Assembly: GCA_964637875.1 (NCBI GenBank)
Contig: CAZWXK010000008.1
Span: forward strand, 4,222-68,221
From: an uncultured Rhodobacter sp.
Lineage (GTDB): Bacteria; Pseudomonadota; Alphaproteobacteria; Rhodobacterales; Rhodobacteraceae
Length of the DNA: 64,000 nt
Direction of reading: 5' to 3'
Shown: piece by piece, positions 46,430 to 55,449 of the stretch
Layout of the letters: each line of letters opens with the position of its first letter
Position numbering within the stretch: the first letter of the stretch is position 1
The notes under the pieces: model-generated
The model's database searches: none
Told to the model about the DNA's origin: nothing
Seen by the model: only the letters and a program-made list of their open reading frames with translations
Translations under genes and position numbers: made by a program

Positions 46430-47374
46430 TCAGTCGTCCTCGAATTCCACGGGCGGCATGGGTCGCCGATCGACATGCAACGAGAATATGTCGGGGCGCG
46501 AATAATGCCCGGTCACGTCGAGCGTGCGCCGAGCCAGGGCAACCCTGTCGGTGTCGATTTCTCCATACAGGATGTCCGCCGAGCGATGCAGCGGTCCCGC
46601 ACGTACCGCCGAGAATGGCGCGACGAGCATCGCATCGCCATCGCAGATCCATTCGTCGGGGTCGCCGAACAGTTCTGTGCGGCCCGGAAAATCGTCGGGG
46701 ATGTCGGCGCCTTTCAGGGCGGTGGCCAGGGATACCACCCAGCAGCCCCCTTCGGTTGCGATATGGCGCATCGTGGTCTGCCAGCGATCGCTGCAATCCC
46801 ATGTGGGGGAAACCAGGATCTCCATCCGCTGCGCATAGAGGGCATAGCGCGACAGGGGCATGTAGTTTTCCCAGCAGATCAGCATGCCGATCCTGCCGAC
46901 CGGGGTATCCACGACGCGCAGGCCCCGCGCGTCGCCCCGGCCCCAGACCATGCGTTCCGGGTTGGTGGGAATCAGCTTGCGGTGGCGGTTCAGGACCGCG
47001 CCGTCGGGGCCGATCAGAACCACCGTATTGAACAGGGTCGCACCGCTGAATTCCGAGTCGATTTCCGTCATGCCCATGACAACTGTCATGCCGGTATCGC
47101 GCGCGGCGTTGCATAGCGGGGCCAGATCCCCCCCATCGATATCGACGGCGTTGCGGGTCAGGCGTTCGTGTATTGTCACCGACAGACGCATGTCGGAGCC
47201 GGGACGCAGGCGCCAGGCCCATGCCGGATAGCCCGGCAGATATGCCTCGGGAAAGACGGCCAGCCTGGCACCGGCCTCGGCGGCCTTTCGCAGGGCGGAG
47301 ATGGCTCTCTCCATCGAAGCCTCGATATCGAGCAGTACCGGGGGTGTCTGGATGATGGCGACCTTGCTTTTCAT
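46430..47374 (-). CDS. Nitrilase (carbon-nitrogen hydrolase superfamily)
   Basis: Glu-Lys-Cys triad contexts FPEAYLPGYP, HRKLIPT and LICWENYMP. Confidence 0.8.
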   Translation of the reverse strand: MKSKVAIIQTPPVLLDIEASMERAISALRKAAEAGARLAVFPEAYLPGYPAWAWRLRPGSDMRLSVTIHERLTRNAVDIDGGDLAPLCNAARDTGMTVVMGMTEIDSEFSGATLFNTVVLIGPDGAVLNRHRKLIPTNPERMVWGRGDARGLRVVDTPVGRIGMLICWENYMPLSRYALYAQRMEILVSPTWDCSDRWQTTMRHIATEGGCWVVSLATALKGADIPDDFPGRTELFGDPDEWICDGDAMLVAPFSAVRAGPLHRSADILYGEIDTDRVALARRTLDVTGHYSRPDIFSLHVDRRPMPPVEFEDD

Positions 47375-47467
47375 GTTCGGACTCCTGTGCCTGTTGCGGG
47401 CAGATATGGCCAGATCGGGTCAATGGCATTAGAAGGGCACAAAACCGCATGACAGGGAAGAGATACA

Positions 47468-48382
47468 ATGACCGAAAACGACAGCCTCGATACCGGCGAT
47501 ACCATGGAAAGGCGCAAAAGCCGCGCGGCCAGCTGGTTTCGCCGCCTGCGGGACGAAATCGTTGCCGCGTTCGAGCAGATCGAGGCCGGGCCGAGCACCG
47601 GCTCACCGGTCCGGCACGGCCCCGGAAGATTCGAGGTTCGCGAGACCAAGCGCATTTCCGATGACGGCTCGGATGCGGGCGGCGGACTGATGTCGGTCAT
47701 GCGCGGCGGGCGCGTATTCGAAAAGGTGGGGGTCAATGTTTCGACCGTCCATGGCCGTCTGGGCGAGGCCGCGCGCCAGGCAATGGCTGCGCGCGGGGTG
47801 CCGGGGATCGAGGATGATCCGCGGTTCTGGGCCTCGGGCATCTCGTTGGTGGCCCATATGCAGAACCCGCATTGCCCTGCCGTGCACATGAACACCCGCA
47901 TGTTCTGGACCCCCGGCGCCTGGTGGTTCGGGGGGGGGAGCGACCTGAACCCCTGCATCGAGTATGACGAGGACACCACCCATTTCCACACCGTGCTCAA
48001 GGAGTACTGCGACCGGCACGACCCCGAATATTATCCCCGTTTCAGGAAATGGGCCGATGAATATTTCTTTGTGCCCCATCGGGGGCGTGCGCGTGGCGTT
48101 GGCGGCATTTTCCTGGATGATCACAATACTGGTGACTGGGAGGCCGATTTTGCCTTTATCCAGGACGTGGGACGCGCCTTTCTGCCGGCTTTCGAGCCGA
48201 TCACAAGGCGTCGCCGGTCGATGCCATGGAATGATGCCGACAAGGACAGGCAGTTGATTCACCGCGGGCTCTATGCCGAATACAATCTTGTCTATGATCG
48301 GGGCACGCGGTTCGGGCTGGCGACCGGGCACGACGCCGACGCCGTGTTGATGAGCTTGCCGCCGATGGCGAAATGGGTTTGA
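47468..48382 (+). CDS. hemF: Oxygen-dependent coproporphyrinogen III oxidase
   Basis: GGGSDLNP, RGRARGVGGIFLDD and the C-terminal YNLVYDRGTRFGL motif. Confidence 0.9.
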   Translation: MTENDSLDTGDTMERRKSRAASWFRRLRDEIVAAFEQIEAGPSTGSPVRHGPGRFEVRETKRISDDGSDAGGGLMSVMRGGRVFEKVGVNVSTVHGRLGEAARQAMAARGVPGIEDDPRFWASGISLVAHMQNPHCPAVHMNTRMFWTPGAWWFGGGSDLNPCIEYDEDTTHFHTVLKEYCDRHDPEYYPRFRKWADEYFFVPHRGRARGVGGIFLDDHNTGDWEADFAFIQDVGRAFLPAFEPITRRRRSMPWNDADKDRQLIHRGLYAEYNLVYDRGTRFGLATGHDADAVLMSLPPMAKWV

Positions 48383-48411
48383 GGCCCGGCCTGATGACTC
48401 GCGCCGATGTG

Positions 48412-48450
48412 ATGGATTTGCGGGGCAGGACGGGCGGCAAATCCATTTTC
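48412..48450 (+). terminator. Rho-independent terminator of hemF
   Basis: 10-bp stem ATGGATTTGC-(15 nt)-GCAAATCCAT followed by TTTC. Confidence 0.7.
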
Positions 48451-48500
48451 GCGCCTACCGTTCAGGTTGGAGGCGTGGCATATTGGCCCGAGTCGATCAA

Positions 48501-49283
48501 ATGTATTCGTCTGGCCCCATGAACCTGTTTTCGCGTCTTTTCCGCAGAAAACCCCCCGAGGATCCGCCTGCGCCATTCACGGCGCGGCCCGCCCCGAAAC
48601 GCCCGCTCTATGCGATTGGCGATATCCACGGTCGCGACGATCTGCTGGCGCAGCTGCTGGAACGGATCAGTAGGGATGCCGATGGCAAGCCGCATGACTT
48701 GGTGCTGGTGGGGGACTATGTGGATCGGGGCGAGGCAAGCGCCGCCGTCCTGCGCCGCCTTGCCGCGCTGGATGCGTCCGATCATGTCGTCTGCCTGAAG
48801 GGAAATCACGAGGCCATGCTGCTGGAGTTTCTGGATGACCCCGAAGGCGCGGGCCGGCGCTGGATCAGGAATGGCGGGTTGCAGACGCTGGCCAGCTTTG
48901 GTGTGGGGGGGGTGACCGAAACCGCCAGCGGCGACGCGATGAAACGCATCCGCGACCAGCTGCGGGCCGCAATGGGCGATCTGGAAGCATGGCTGAGGGG
49001 GTTGAGGACATTTTTCCACAGCGGGAACATCATGGTCGCCCATGCCGGGGCCGATCCGCGCCTGCCGGCGGATGAGCAGGACGAAAAGACATTGCTGTGG
49101 GGACACCCCGCCTTTCATGCGCAGCCACGGCAGGATGGCATCTGGGTGGTTCATGGCCACACGGTGGTGGATGCAGCCCGCGCACGCGATGGTCGGATTT
49201 CCATCGATACCGGCGCCTATGCGACCGGGCGCCTGACCGCCGTCGCACTGGAGCGCGACGATATCAGGTTTCTCGACGCCTGA
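48501..49283 (+). CDS. Metallophosphoesterase (PPP-family Ser/Thr phosphatase, PrpE/ApaH-like)
   Basis: GDIHGR, GDYVDRG and GNHE motifs. The start is uncertain (48501 or 48519). Confidence 0.8.
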   Translation: MYSSGPMNLFSRLFRRKPPEDPPAPFTARPAPKRPLYAIGDIHGRDDLLAQLLERISRDADGKPHDLVLVGDYVDRGEASAAVLRRLAALDASDHVVCLKGNHEAMLLEFLDDPEGAGRRWIRNGGLQTLASFGVGGVTETASGDAMKRIRDQLRAAMGDLEAWLRGLRTFFHSGNIMVAHAGADPRLPADEQDEKTLLWGHPAFHAQPRQDGIWVVHGHTVVDAARARDGRISIDTGAYATGRLTAVALERDDIRFLDA

Positions 49284-49518
49284 TCCCGCAAGACAGGCCT
49301 GGTGGCCAATGGCGTGAAACGCGCTTGTACACGGATGCGACTGTTTCAGAATCCGGCAACAGAATTAGCAAATTAAATCCATTGTTTCATCAAATTTTCG
49401 GCACATTTGCCCGGCAGCTTGATGGTCATGAAGAGGCGACGTGGTGGGGAAGGATTTCAACGCACTTCGCTCATTCAGAAAACCAACTGAGCAACAAGCC
49501 TGGAAGGAGGGCAACAAA

Positions 49519-49704
49519 ATGAAACTGTTCAAGAACTTCAAGAATGATGAATCCGGTGCCGTGACCGTTGACTGGGTCGTGCTGACCGCCGCCATCGTCG
49601 GCCTGGGCATCGCCGTTCTGGCCACCGTGTCGGGTGGCGTCAAGAACCTGTCGGGCGACATCAGCAAGCAGCTGTCGAACCAGAAGATCTCGACCACGTT
49701 CTGA
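49519..49704 (+). CDS. flp: Flp/Fap-family type IVb pilin
   Basis: GGAAGGAGG lies before the ATG. 61 aa with the leader MKLFKNFKNDESG and hydrophobic AVTVDWVVLTAAIVGLGIAVLA, as in Flp prepilins. Confidence 0.7.
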   Translation: MKLFKNFKNDESGAVTVDWVVLTAAIVGLGIAVLATVSGGVKNLSGDISKQLSNQKISTTF

Positions 49705-49726
49705 TCGGGACATCATACCGAAAAAA

Positions 49727-49760
49727 ATGGGCCGCCCTCGCAGCGGCCCATTTTCTTTTC
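49727..49760. terminator. Bidirectional terminator between flp and the convergent DedA/PAP2 gene
   Basis: AAAAAA-ATGGGCCGC-cctcgca-GCGGCCCAT-TTTCTTTTC. Confidence 0.8.
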
Positions 49761-49792
49761 GGGTCTTGCGCAGCTCATCCGGCAGCGGGGGT

Positions 49793-51895
49793 TCAGCGCA
49801 GCCTGACCAGCGCCGCCTTGCCATCAGAGAACCACGTTCCCTCGGGCAGCGCGTCGATCGGCCTTGGCGGCGCGATCCTGAGCGTGCCACGTTTCCCAAC
49901 CATGCCCGCGGCAGACAGATCATTGACCAGCAGCGCGCGCTCGGCGTCGACATCGGGTGCGATCAGGCGCGACAGGCCCCAGCCAAGACCCTTGTCGAAA
50001 CTTGCTGCCACCGTGAATATCCTTTCCCCGGATACGGTGTGAAAAGGGGTTTCCCAGATACGCGCATGGTGCCGTCGCCGGGTTGCCTGCCTTGCGGCCG
50101 TTCCCGGCCCGGTCCTGCGAAAGGCCAGATCATTGGGTCTGCCCTGCCAGAAAAAGGGTGCAACCGGCGCGTTTTCCCCGAAATTTCCCAGCCATCCGGC
50201 CAACACCGTCCGCCCCAGCGAAACGATTCCGGGCCTGGCCACTGCCACCCATCCCGCCCGGGCAAGGGCGGTTTCAAGTGCCTGCCGGTCGCGTGCCACC
50301 ACGATCACGTTGATGGGGCCGATCGTTCGGCCGGTCAAGGTTTCGGTGACACCCGCAAGCCGGCCGGTCGAGAACAGATTGCCGATATCGGCAACGGTCT
50401 CGGCCGGGGGCGGTGTGCGGGGCAGATTCAGCGTCTTGTCATAGGACAGCACGGTCCAGCCCGAGACCACGACAAGGCCGGCAGCAATCGGCAGGATAAT
50501 GCGCCGGCCAACAGCAGCGACCGCCTTTCCCGTCGTGGGGTGTGAATCCCGCCACCATTCGGCGATGCTGATTCCGACCACCAGCCACAGCGCACCGACA
50601 AGCCAGCCATTCAGGACATCGCTCAGGTAATGCTCGATCAGATATACCCGGCTGAGGCCCACCATGAATGCCAGGGTTGCCGCCAGCAGCGCCGCCGAAA
50701 TCGGCCCCAGGCGTTTCAGGCGCAGCGCGATATAAAACAGCATGCCATAGAATGCGATCGAAATGGCGGCATGGCCCGAGGGAAAGCTGCCCGAGGTTTC
50801 GACGAAATAGGCAAGTTCCGGGCGCGGACGGTCGAAAATCCGCTTGAGCAGCCAGACCGAGGCCAGGTTGCCCACGAGGGCGCTGCCCAGCCCCAGGGCC
50901 AGGTCGGCGCGGCGGCGCAGATACAACAGGCCCAGAACCGCCAGCAGCAGCGGTGTGACCACGCGCCAGTCGCCAAGGGCGGTGACATGGGCAAAGAACC
51001 TCAGCAGGGCCGGTGACCAGAAGGCATGGATCAGCTCGGCCAGGCGCATGTCGATCTGCACGACCCCGCGCGACATCAGGAAATCCAGCACCACACCCAG
51101 CCAGATCACGAAAATATAGATCATCACCAGCGCCAGCAAGGTTGCCGTCAGGCCGCCAAAGCGGTGCATGTCGAGCCGCGATCCGATCAGACCGGCAAGA
51201 CGGGGGTGGCGCGCGGCCCAGGCGCGAATGTCCGGGTTCTCGGCAACCGCGCCGATGATCGAACGGGTCACTGACAGGACAAATGGCAACAGGCGCTCAA
51301 TCCGGATGATCAGCCACCACAGCAGGGCAATGACTGCCGCCACCGCGGCCGCGAACAGGACCAGCCGTGTCGCAAACGGGCCCAGGCGCGTGATCACATC
51401 GCCCAGGAAATAGCCAAAGGCCACATGCCCGATGGCGTAGGGAACACCGCTGACGATGTTCCAGATCAGGAAACGTCTCCTCTCCATACCCGAAAGCGCG
51501 GCCGCCAGCGGTACAAGGCCCGACAATGGCCCCAGAAAGCGCCCGATCACCAGGGCCAGTCCGCCTCGGCGCGCAAAGAGCTGTTCGGCCCGGCGATAGC
51601 TGGGCGATTTCTCGGGTTGCCAGCGTTCCTTCAGATAGTGCCGGGCAAGGCGCCCGACCCAATAGCCCGCCTCGGCCCCCAGGATCGAGCCGATGGCGAC
51701 AAACCACAGCAGGTCGATGAAATCCAGCGCGCCCTGTTGAACCAGCATGCCGCCGGCATCGACGACCAGAGTGCCGGGAACAAAGGCCCCGGTGGCAAAG
51801 AATGCCTCGAGCATCGAGGCCGCACCTATGATCCAGTAGGACCACAGGCCAAGCGCCTCGAGCGAGGGCAGGATCTGGTCGAGACTGTGCGGCAT
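49793..51895 (-). CDS. Triple-domain membrane protein: DedA + PAP2 phosphatase + LssY-like C-terminal domain
   Basis: DedA region (FVPGTLVVDAGG..., LVIGRFLGPLSGLVP). PAP2 motifs KRIFDRPRP, SFPSGHA and SRVYLIEHYLSD. The C-terminus has RHHARIW and FTVAASFDKGL, typical of LssY_C. Confidence 0.75.
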   Translation of the reverse strand: MPHSLDQILPSLEALGLWSYWIIGAASMLEAFFATGAFVPGTLVVDAGGMLVQQGALDFIDLLWFVAIGSILGAEAGYWVGRLARHYLKERWQPEKSPSYRRAEQLFARRGGLALVIGRFLGPLSGLVPLAAALSGMERRRFLIWNIVSGVPYAIGHVAFGYFLGDVITRLGPFATRLVLFAAAVAAVIALLWWLIIRIERLLPFVLSVTRSIIGAVAENPDIRAWAARHPRLAGLIGSRLDMHRFGGLTATLLALVMIYIFVIWLGVVLDFLMSRGVVQIDMRLAELIHAFWSPALLRFFAHVTALGDWRVVTPLLLAVLGLLYLRRRADLALGLGSALVGNLASVWLLKRIFDRPRPELAYFVETSGSFPSGHAAISIAFYGMLFYIALRLKRLGPISAALLAATLAFMVGLSRVYLIEHYLSDVLNGWLVGALWLVVGISIAEWWRDSHPTTGKAVAAVGRRIILPIAAGLVVVSGWTVLSYDKTLNLPRTPPPAETVADIGNLFSTGRLAGVTETLTGRTIGPINVIVVARDRQALETALARAGWVAVARPGIVSLGRTVLAGWLGNFGENAPVAPFFWQGRPNDLAFRRTGPGTAARQATRRRHHARIWETPFHTVSGERIFTVAASFDKGLGWGLSRLIAPDVDAERALLVNDLSAAGMVGKRGTLRIAPPRPIDALPEGTWFSDGKAALVRLR

Positions 51896-52081
51896 CGCCC
51901 GGGCGGCTCCTGTGGGTGTGGGCGTTATCTTGGCGCGCCGACCTCTACGCTCGGCCGGCCACATGCCCTTACACCGTGCGGATACGGTTCTTCAACCGTC
52001 CAGGGGCACGGACCCGTTCCGACAGGGTGCCAGCTGCGCGAACGGCTGGGCCGCGCCGAAAACCACGCCCTTTTGCCGCGC

Positions 52082-52615
52082 TCAGCCAGCCTTTTTCAGA
52101 AGGCTTCTCTTCTTGAACTCGTCGGCGAACAGATCGACCAGTTCCTGGCGCGACAGTGAGGATCCATCGGCCTTGCTGCGGCGCGAGCTGTAATGGCGGG
52201 GCCGGGGCGGTTCGGCGGCAATGCGCGCCTCTTCACTGGCCTCGCACAGCTTGGCCGCAACACGCAGCCGCGCCGTGATTTCAAAGACATCGAAGGGCTT
52301 GGTCAGGTAATCCGTCGCACCAGCCATGAATGCGCGTTCGACATATGCCCGTTCGGCCATTGCCGTCAGCATGACGATCGGCACCTCGGCATAGGCCTTG
52401 ATGCGTCGCAGCCTGTCGCACAGGGTGATGCCATCCATTTCAGGCATCTGGATGTCCAGCAACAGACAGTCGAACTGACGGTCGCCCTGTTCCGCCATTT
52501 CCAGGGCCTCCAGCGGCGAGGGCGTGGTCGTCACCTCGTCATAGCCGGCATCGGTCAACAGGGCCTCCAGAATTTCCAGGATATGGATATCGTCGTCAAC
52601 CGCGAGAATTCTCAT
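52082..52615 (-). CDS. Stand-alone response-regulator receiver protein
   Basis: MRILAVDDD, LLLDIQMPEMDG (phospho-Asp), MLTA and KPF motifs. It has no output domain and no kinase gene lies nearby. Confidence 0.8.
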   Translation of the reverse strand: MRILAVDDDIHILEILEALLTDAGYDEVTTTPSPLEALEMAEQGDRQFDCLLLDIQMPEMDGITLCDRLRRIKAYAEVPIVMLTAMAERAYVERAFMAGATDYLTKPFDVFEITARLRVAAKLCEASEEARIAAEPPRPRHYSSRRSKADGSSLSRQELVDLFADEFKKRSLLKKAG

Positions 52616-52896
52616 CCCTTCCTCCAGACAAAGCGGGTGCTGCTTGCGATGTTAAGTGATGTGCAGGGATTCGGGCCTTTTTGCGGCGTCAATGGGGAAT
52701 GGGGGTGATATCCGGCTATTCGCGACGAAAATCACGAAATATTGCATGCGCCGGTCGCGCGCGGGCGGGCATAGGCGGGTTTGAACCGCAGTCAGCCGAG
52801 AACCACCGTTGCGACCGACATGCAAACCCGCATATCCTGACGGTGGCAGAATCGGAGGGCCGATGGGACGGCCCCCACAACAGGGAGTTTGGATTC

Positions 52897-54486
52897 ATGA
52901 CCGGAGAACTGAAATATCTGGGTGACAAGGTTGCGCGTGGTCTCATGGGCCGACGGGCCTTTATGGGGCGCGCGGCGGCGCTGGGCATATCCGCGGGCAT
53001 GGCCAACACCATTCTCGCCGGCGCGGTAAAGGCCGCGGGGGCGATGAAGGGGGGCACTCTGCGCGCGGGCCTGCAGGGCGGGGAAAGCACCAACAGCCTC
53101 GACCCGGCGACCTGGGCCTCGAGCGTGCCGATCGAGTTCGGCCGTACCTGGGCCGAACCGCTGGTCGATGTCAGCCCCAGGGGCGAAATCGAATTCCGCA
53201 TTGCCGAAAGCGTCGAAGCATCCCCTGACGCCAAGGTATGGACCTTCAAGGTTCGCAAGGGGGTCGAATTTCACAACGGCAAGACGGTCACCGCACAGGA
53301 TGTCGTGGCCACGTTGCGGCGGCATTCCGACAAGAATTCCAAATCGGGCGCCCTGGGCATCGTCAAGGGTATCACCGACATGAAGGCCGACGGCGACTAT
53401 GTCGTTCTGACACTGGATCGGGCCAATGCCGACCTGCCCTATTTGATGGCCGATTATCACCTGATGATCCAGCCGGGCGGCGGTGTGGACAAGCCTGATG
53501 CGGGCATCGGGACAGGCCCCTACCGCGTGGCCGAAAACCAGCCCGGGGTGCGCCATGTCGGAACCAGGTTCGAAAACTACTGGGATGCCGACAATCGTGG
53601 CCATGCCGATCAGGTCGAGGTGGTGGTGATCAACGATGCCACGGCGCGCCTTTCGGCCCTGCAGTCGGGCCAGGTGGACATGATCAACCGGGTCGAGCCC
53701 AAGGTCGTCAAGCTGGTGAAACGCATTCCCGGCGTTTCGGTTCAGAACGTCTCGGGACGGGGCCATTACGTGTTCGTCATGCATGTGAACACGGCGCCTT
53801 TCGACAACAACCACCTGCGCCTTGCGCTGAAGCTGGCCATCAACCGCAAGGAAATGGTGGACAAGATCCTTCAGGGATACGGATCGGTGGGTAACGATTT
53901 CCCGATCAACGCCGCCTATCCTCTGTTTCCGGACGATATTCCCCAGCGTGAATACGACCCCGAAAAGGCAGCATTCCATTACAGGAAATCGGGTCATTCC
54001 GGTTCGATCCTGCTGCGCACGTCCGATGTGGCCTTTCCAGGGGCCGTCGATGCGGCACAGCTGTTCCAGCAGAGTGCCAAGGCTGCCGGCATCACGCTGG
54101 AAATCAAGCGCGAGCCAGGCGACGGATACTGGTCCGAGGTCTGGAACAAGAAGCCCTTTGCCGCATCGTACTGGAGCGGCCGACCCGTGCAGGACCAGAT
54201 GTATTCGACCGCCTATCTGTCGACCTCGGACTGGAACGATACCCGTTTCTTCCGCCCCGATTTCGACAAGATCATCCTCGAGGCACGCGGCGAGCTGGAC
54301 CCGGTCAAGCGCAAGGCCCTGTACCGCGAGGCAGCGCTCATGGTGCGCAACGACGGCGGGCTGATCGCGCCGATGTTCAACGATTTCATCGACGCAACCA
54401 GCAACAAGGTCGGTGGATGGGTGGATGATCCCAATGGAGAGCAGATGAACAGCATGGCTCTGGCAAAGTGCTGGCGCAAAGCCTGA
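52897..54486 (+). CDS. ABC transporter substrate-binding protein, family 5 (peptide/nickel/opine type)
   Basis: Tat-type signal MGRRAFMGRAAALGISAG and a family-5 SBP fold sequence. AGGGAG lies before the ATG. Confidence 0.85.
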   Translation: MTGELKYLGDKVARGLMGRRAFMGRAAALGISAGMANTILAGAVKAAGAMKGGTLRAGLQGGESTNSLDPATWASSVPIEFGRTWAEPLVDVSPRGEIEFRIAESVEASPDAKVWTFKVRKGVEFHNGKTVTAQDVVATLRRHSDKNSKSGALGIVKGITDMKADGDYVVLTLDRANADLPYLMADYHLMIQPGGGVDKPDAGIGTGPYRVAENQPGVRHVGTRFENYWDADNRGHADQVEVVVINDATARLSALQSGQVDMINRVEPKVVKLVKRIPGVSVQNVSGRGHYVFVMHVNTAPFDNNHLRLALKLAINRKEMVDKILQGYGSVGNDFPINAAYPLFPDDIPQREYDPEKAAFHYRKSGHSGSILLRTSDVAFPGAVDAAQLFQQSAKAAGITLEIKREPGDGYWSEVWNKKPFAASYWSGRPVQDQMYSTAYLSTSDWNDTRFFRPDFDKIILEARGELDPVKRKALYREAALMVRNDGGLIAPMFNDFIDATSNKVGGWVDDPNGEQMNSMALAKCWRKA

Positions 54487-54492
54487 TTGGCC

Positions 54493-55449
54493 ATGCCGAT
54501 GGTTCTGAAACTGGTTGCCCAGCGCATTGCGCTGGGCTTGCTGCTGCTGCTGGCGGTGTCGGTGCTGATCTTTGCCGGCACGCAGATCCTGCCCGGGGAT
54601 GTTGCCCAGAGCATACTGGGACAATCGGCAACCCCGACGGCCCTGGCGAATCTGCGCCGTGACCTGGGGTTGGACGATCCCGCATATGTTCGGTATTTCC
54701 GCTGGCTCTGGGGGGTGCTGCATGGTGATCTGGGGACCGCGCTCTCAAACGGTCAGGATATCGCGACGCAGATCGGCAGGCGCCTGGGCAACACGCTCTT
54801 TCTGGCGTTCTGGGCGGCCGTTGTTGCGGTGCCGCTTGCGATCACGCTGGGGCTGGTGTCGGTGCGCTATCGCAACCGTTGGCCGGACAGGCTGATATCG
54901 ATGCTCAGCCTCGCGTCGATATCGCTGCCCGAATTCTTTATCGGCTATGTCCTGATCTACTATTTCTCGGCGCGCCACCAGTGGTTTCCGTCACTGGCCA
55001 CCGTCTATGACGGCATGGCCCTGCTTGACAGGTTGAGGGCGATTGCCCTGCCTGTTGCGGTGCTGACGCTGGTGGTTCTCGCCCACATGATGCGCATGAC
55101 GCGGGCGGCGATACTGAACGTCATGCAATCGGCCTATATCGAGACCGCCGAACTCAAGGGTCTGTCGGCCTTCAGGATCATCATCCGGCATGCCCTTCCC
55201 AACGCCATTTCGCCGATCGTCAATGTGGTGATGATCAACCTGGCCTATCTCGTCGTCGGTGTGGTCGTGGTCGAGGTGATATTCGTCTATCCCGGCATGG
55301 GGCAGTATCTGGTCGATCATGTCGCCAAGCGCGATGTTCCGGTGGTGCAGGCAACCGGGCTGATCTTTGCCGCGGTATATATCGGGTTGAACCTGATCGC
55401 AGATGTTGTTGCGATTCTGTCCAACCCGCGCCTGAGGCACCCCAAATGA
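54493..55449 (+). CDS. ABC transporter permease (DppB/OppB-like)
   Basis: Six TM helices. The N-terminus MVLKLVAQRIALGLLLLL is typical of this family. Confidence 0.85.
   Translation: MPMVLKLVAQRIALGLLLLLAVSVLIFAGTQILPGDVAQSILGQSATPTALANLRRDLGLDDPAYVRYFRWLWGVLHGDLGTALSNGQDIATQIGRRLGNTLFLAFWAAVVAVPLAITLGLVSVRYRNRWPDRLISMLSLASISLPEFFIGYVLIYYFSARHQWFPSLATVYDGMALLDRLRAIALPVAVLTLVVLAHMMRMTRAAILNVMQSAYIETAELKGLSAFRIIIRHALPNAISPIVNVVMINLAYLVVGVVVVEVIFVYPGMGQYLVDHVAKRDVPVVQATGLIFAAVYIGLNLIADVVAILSNPRLRHPK

Noticed and set aside
45017-47116. 699-aa plus-strand ORF across the BNR-cytochrome and nitrilase genes
   Set aside because: The opposite-strand genes carry clear catalytic and cofactor motifs (Asp-boxes, CQACH, the CWEN triad). 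The plus-strand translation has none and crosses an intergenic gap without any signal.
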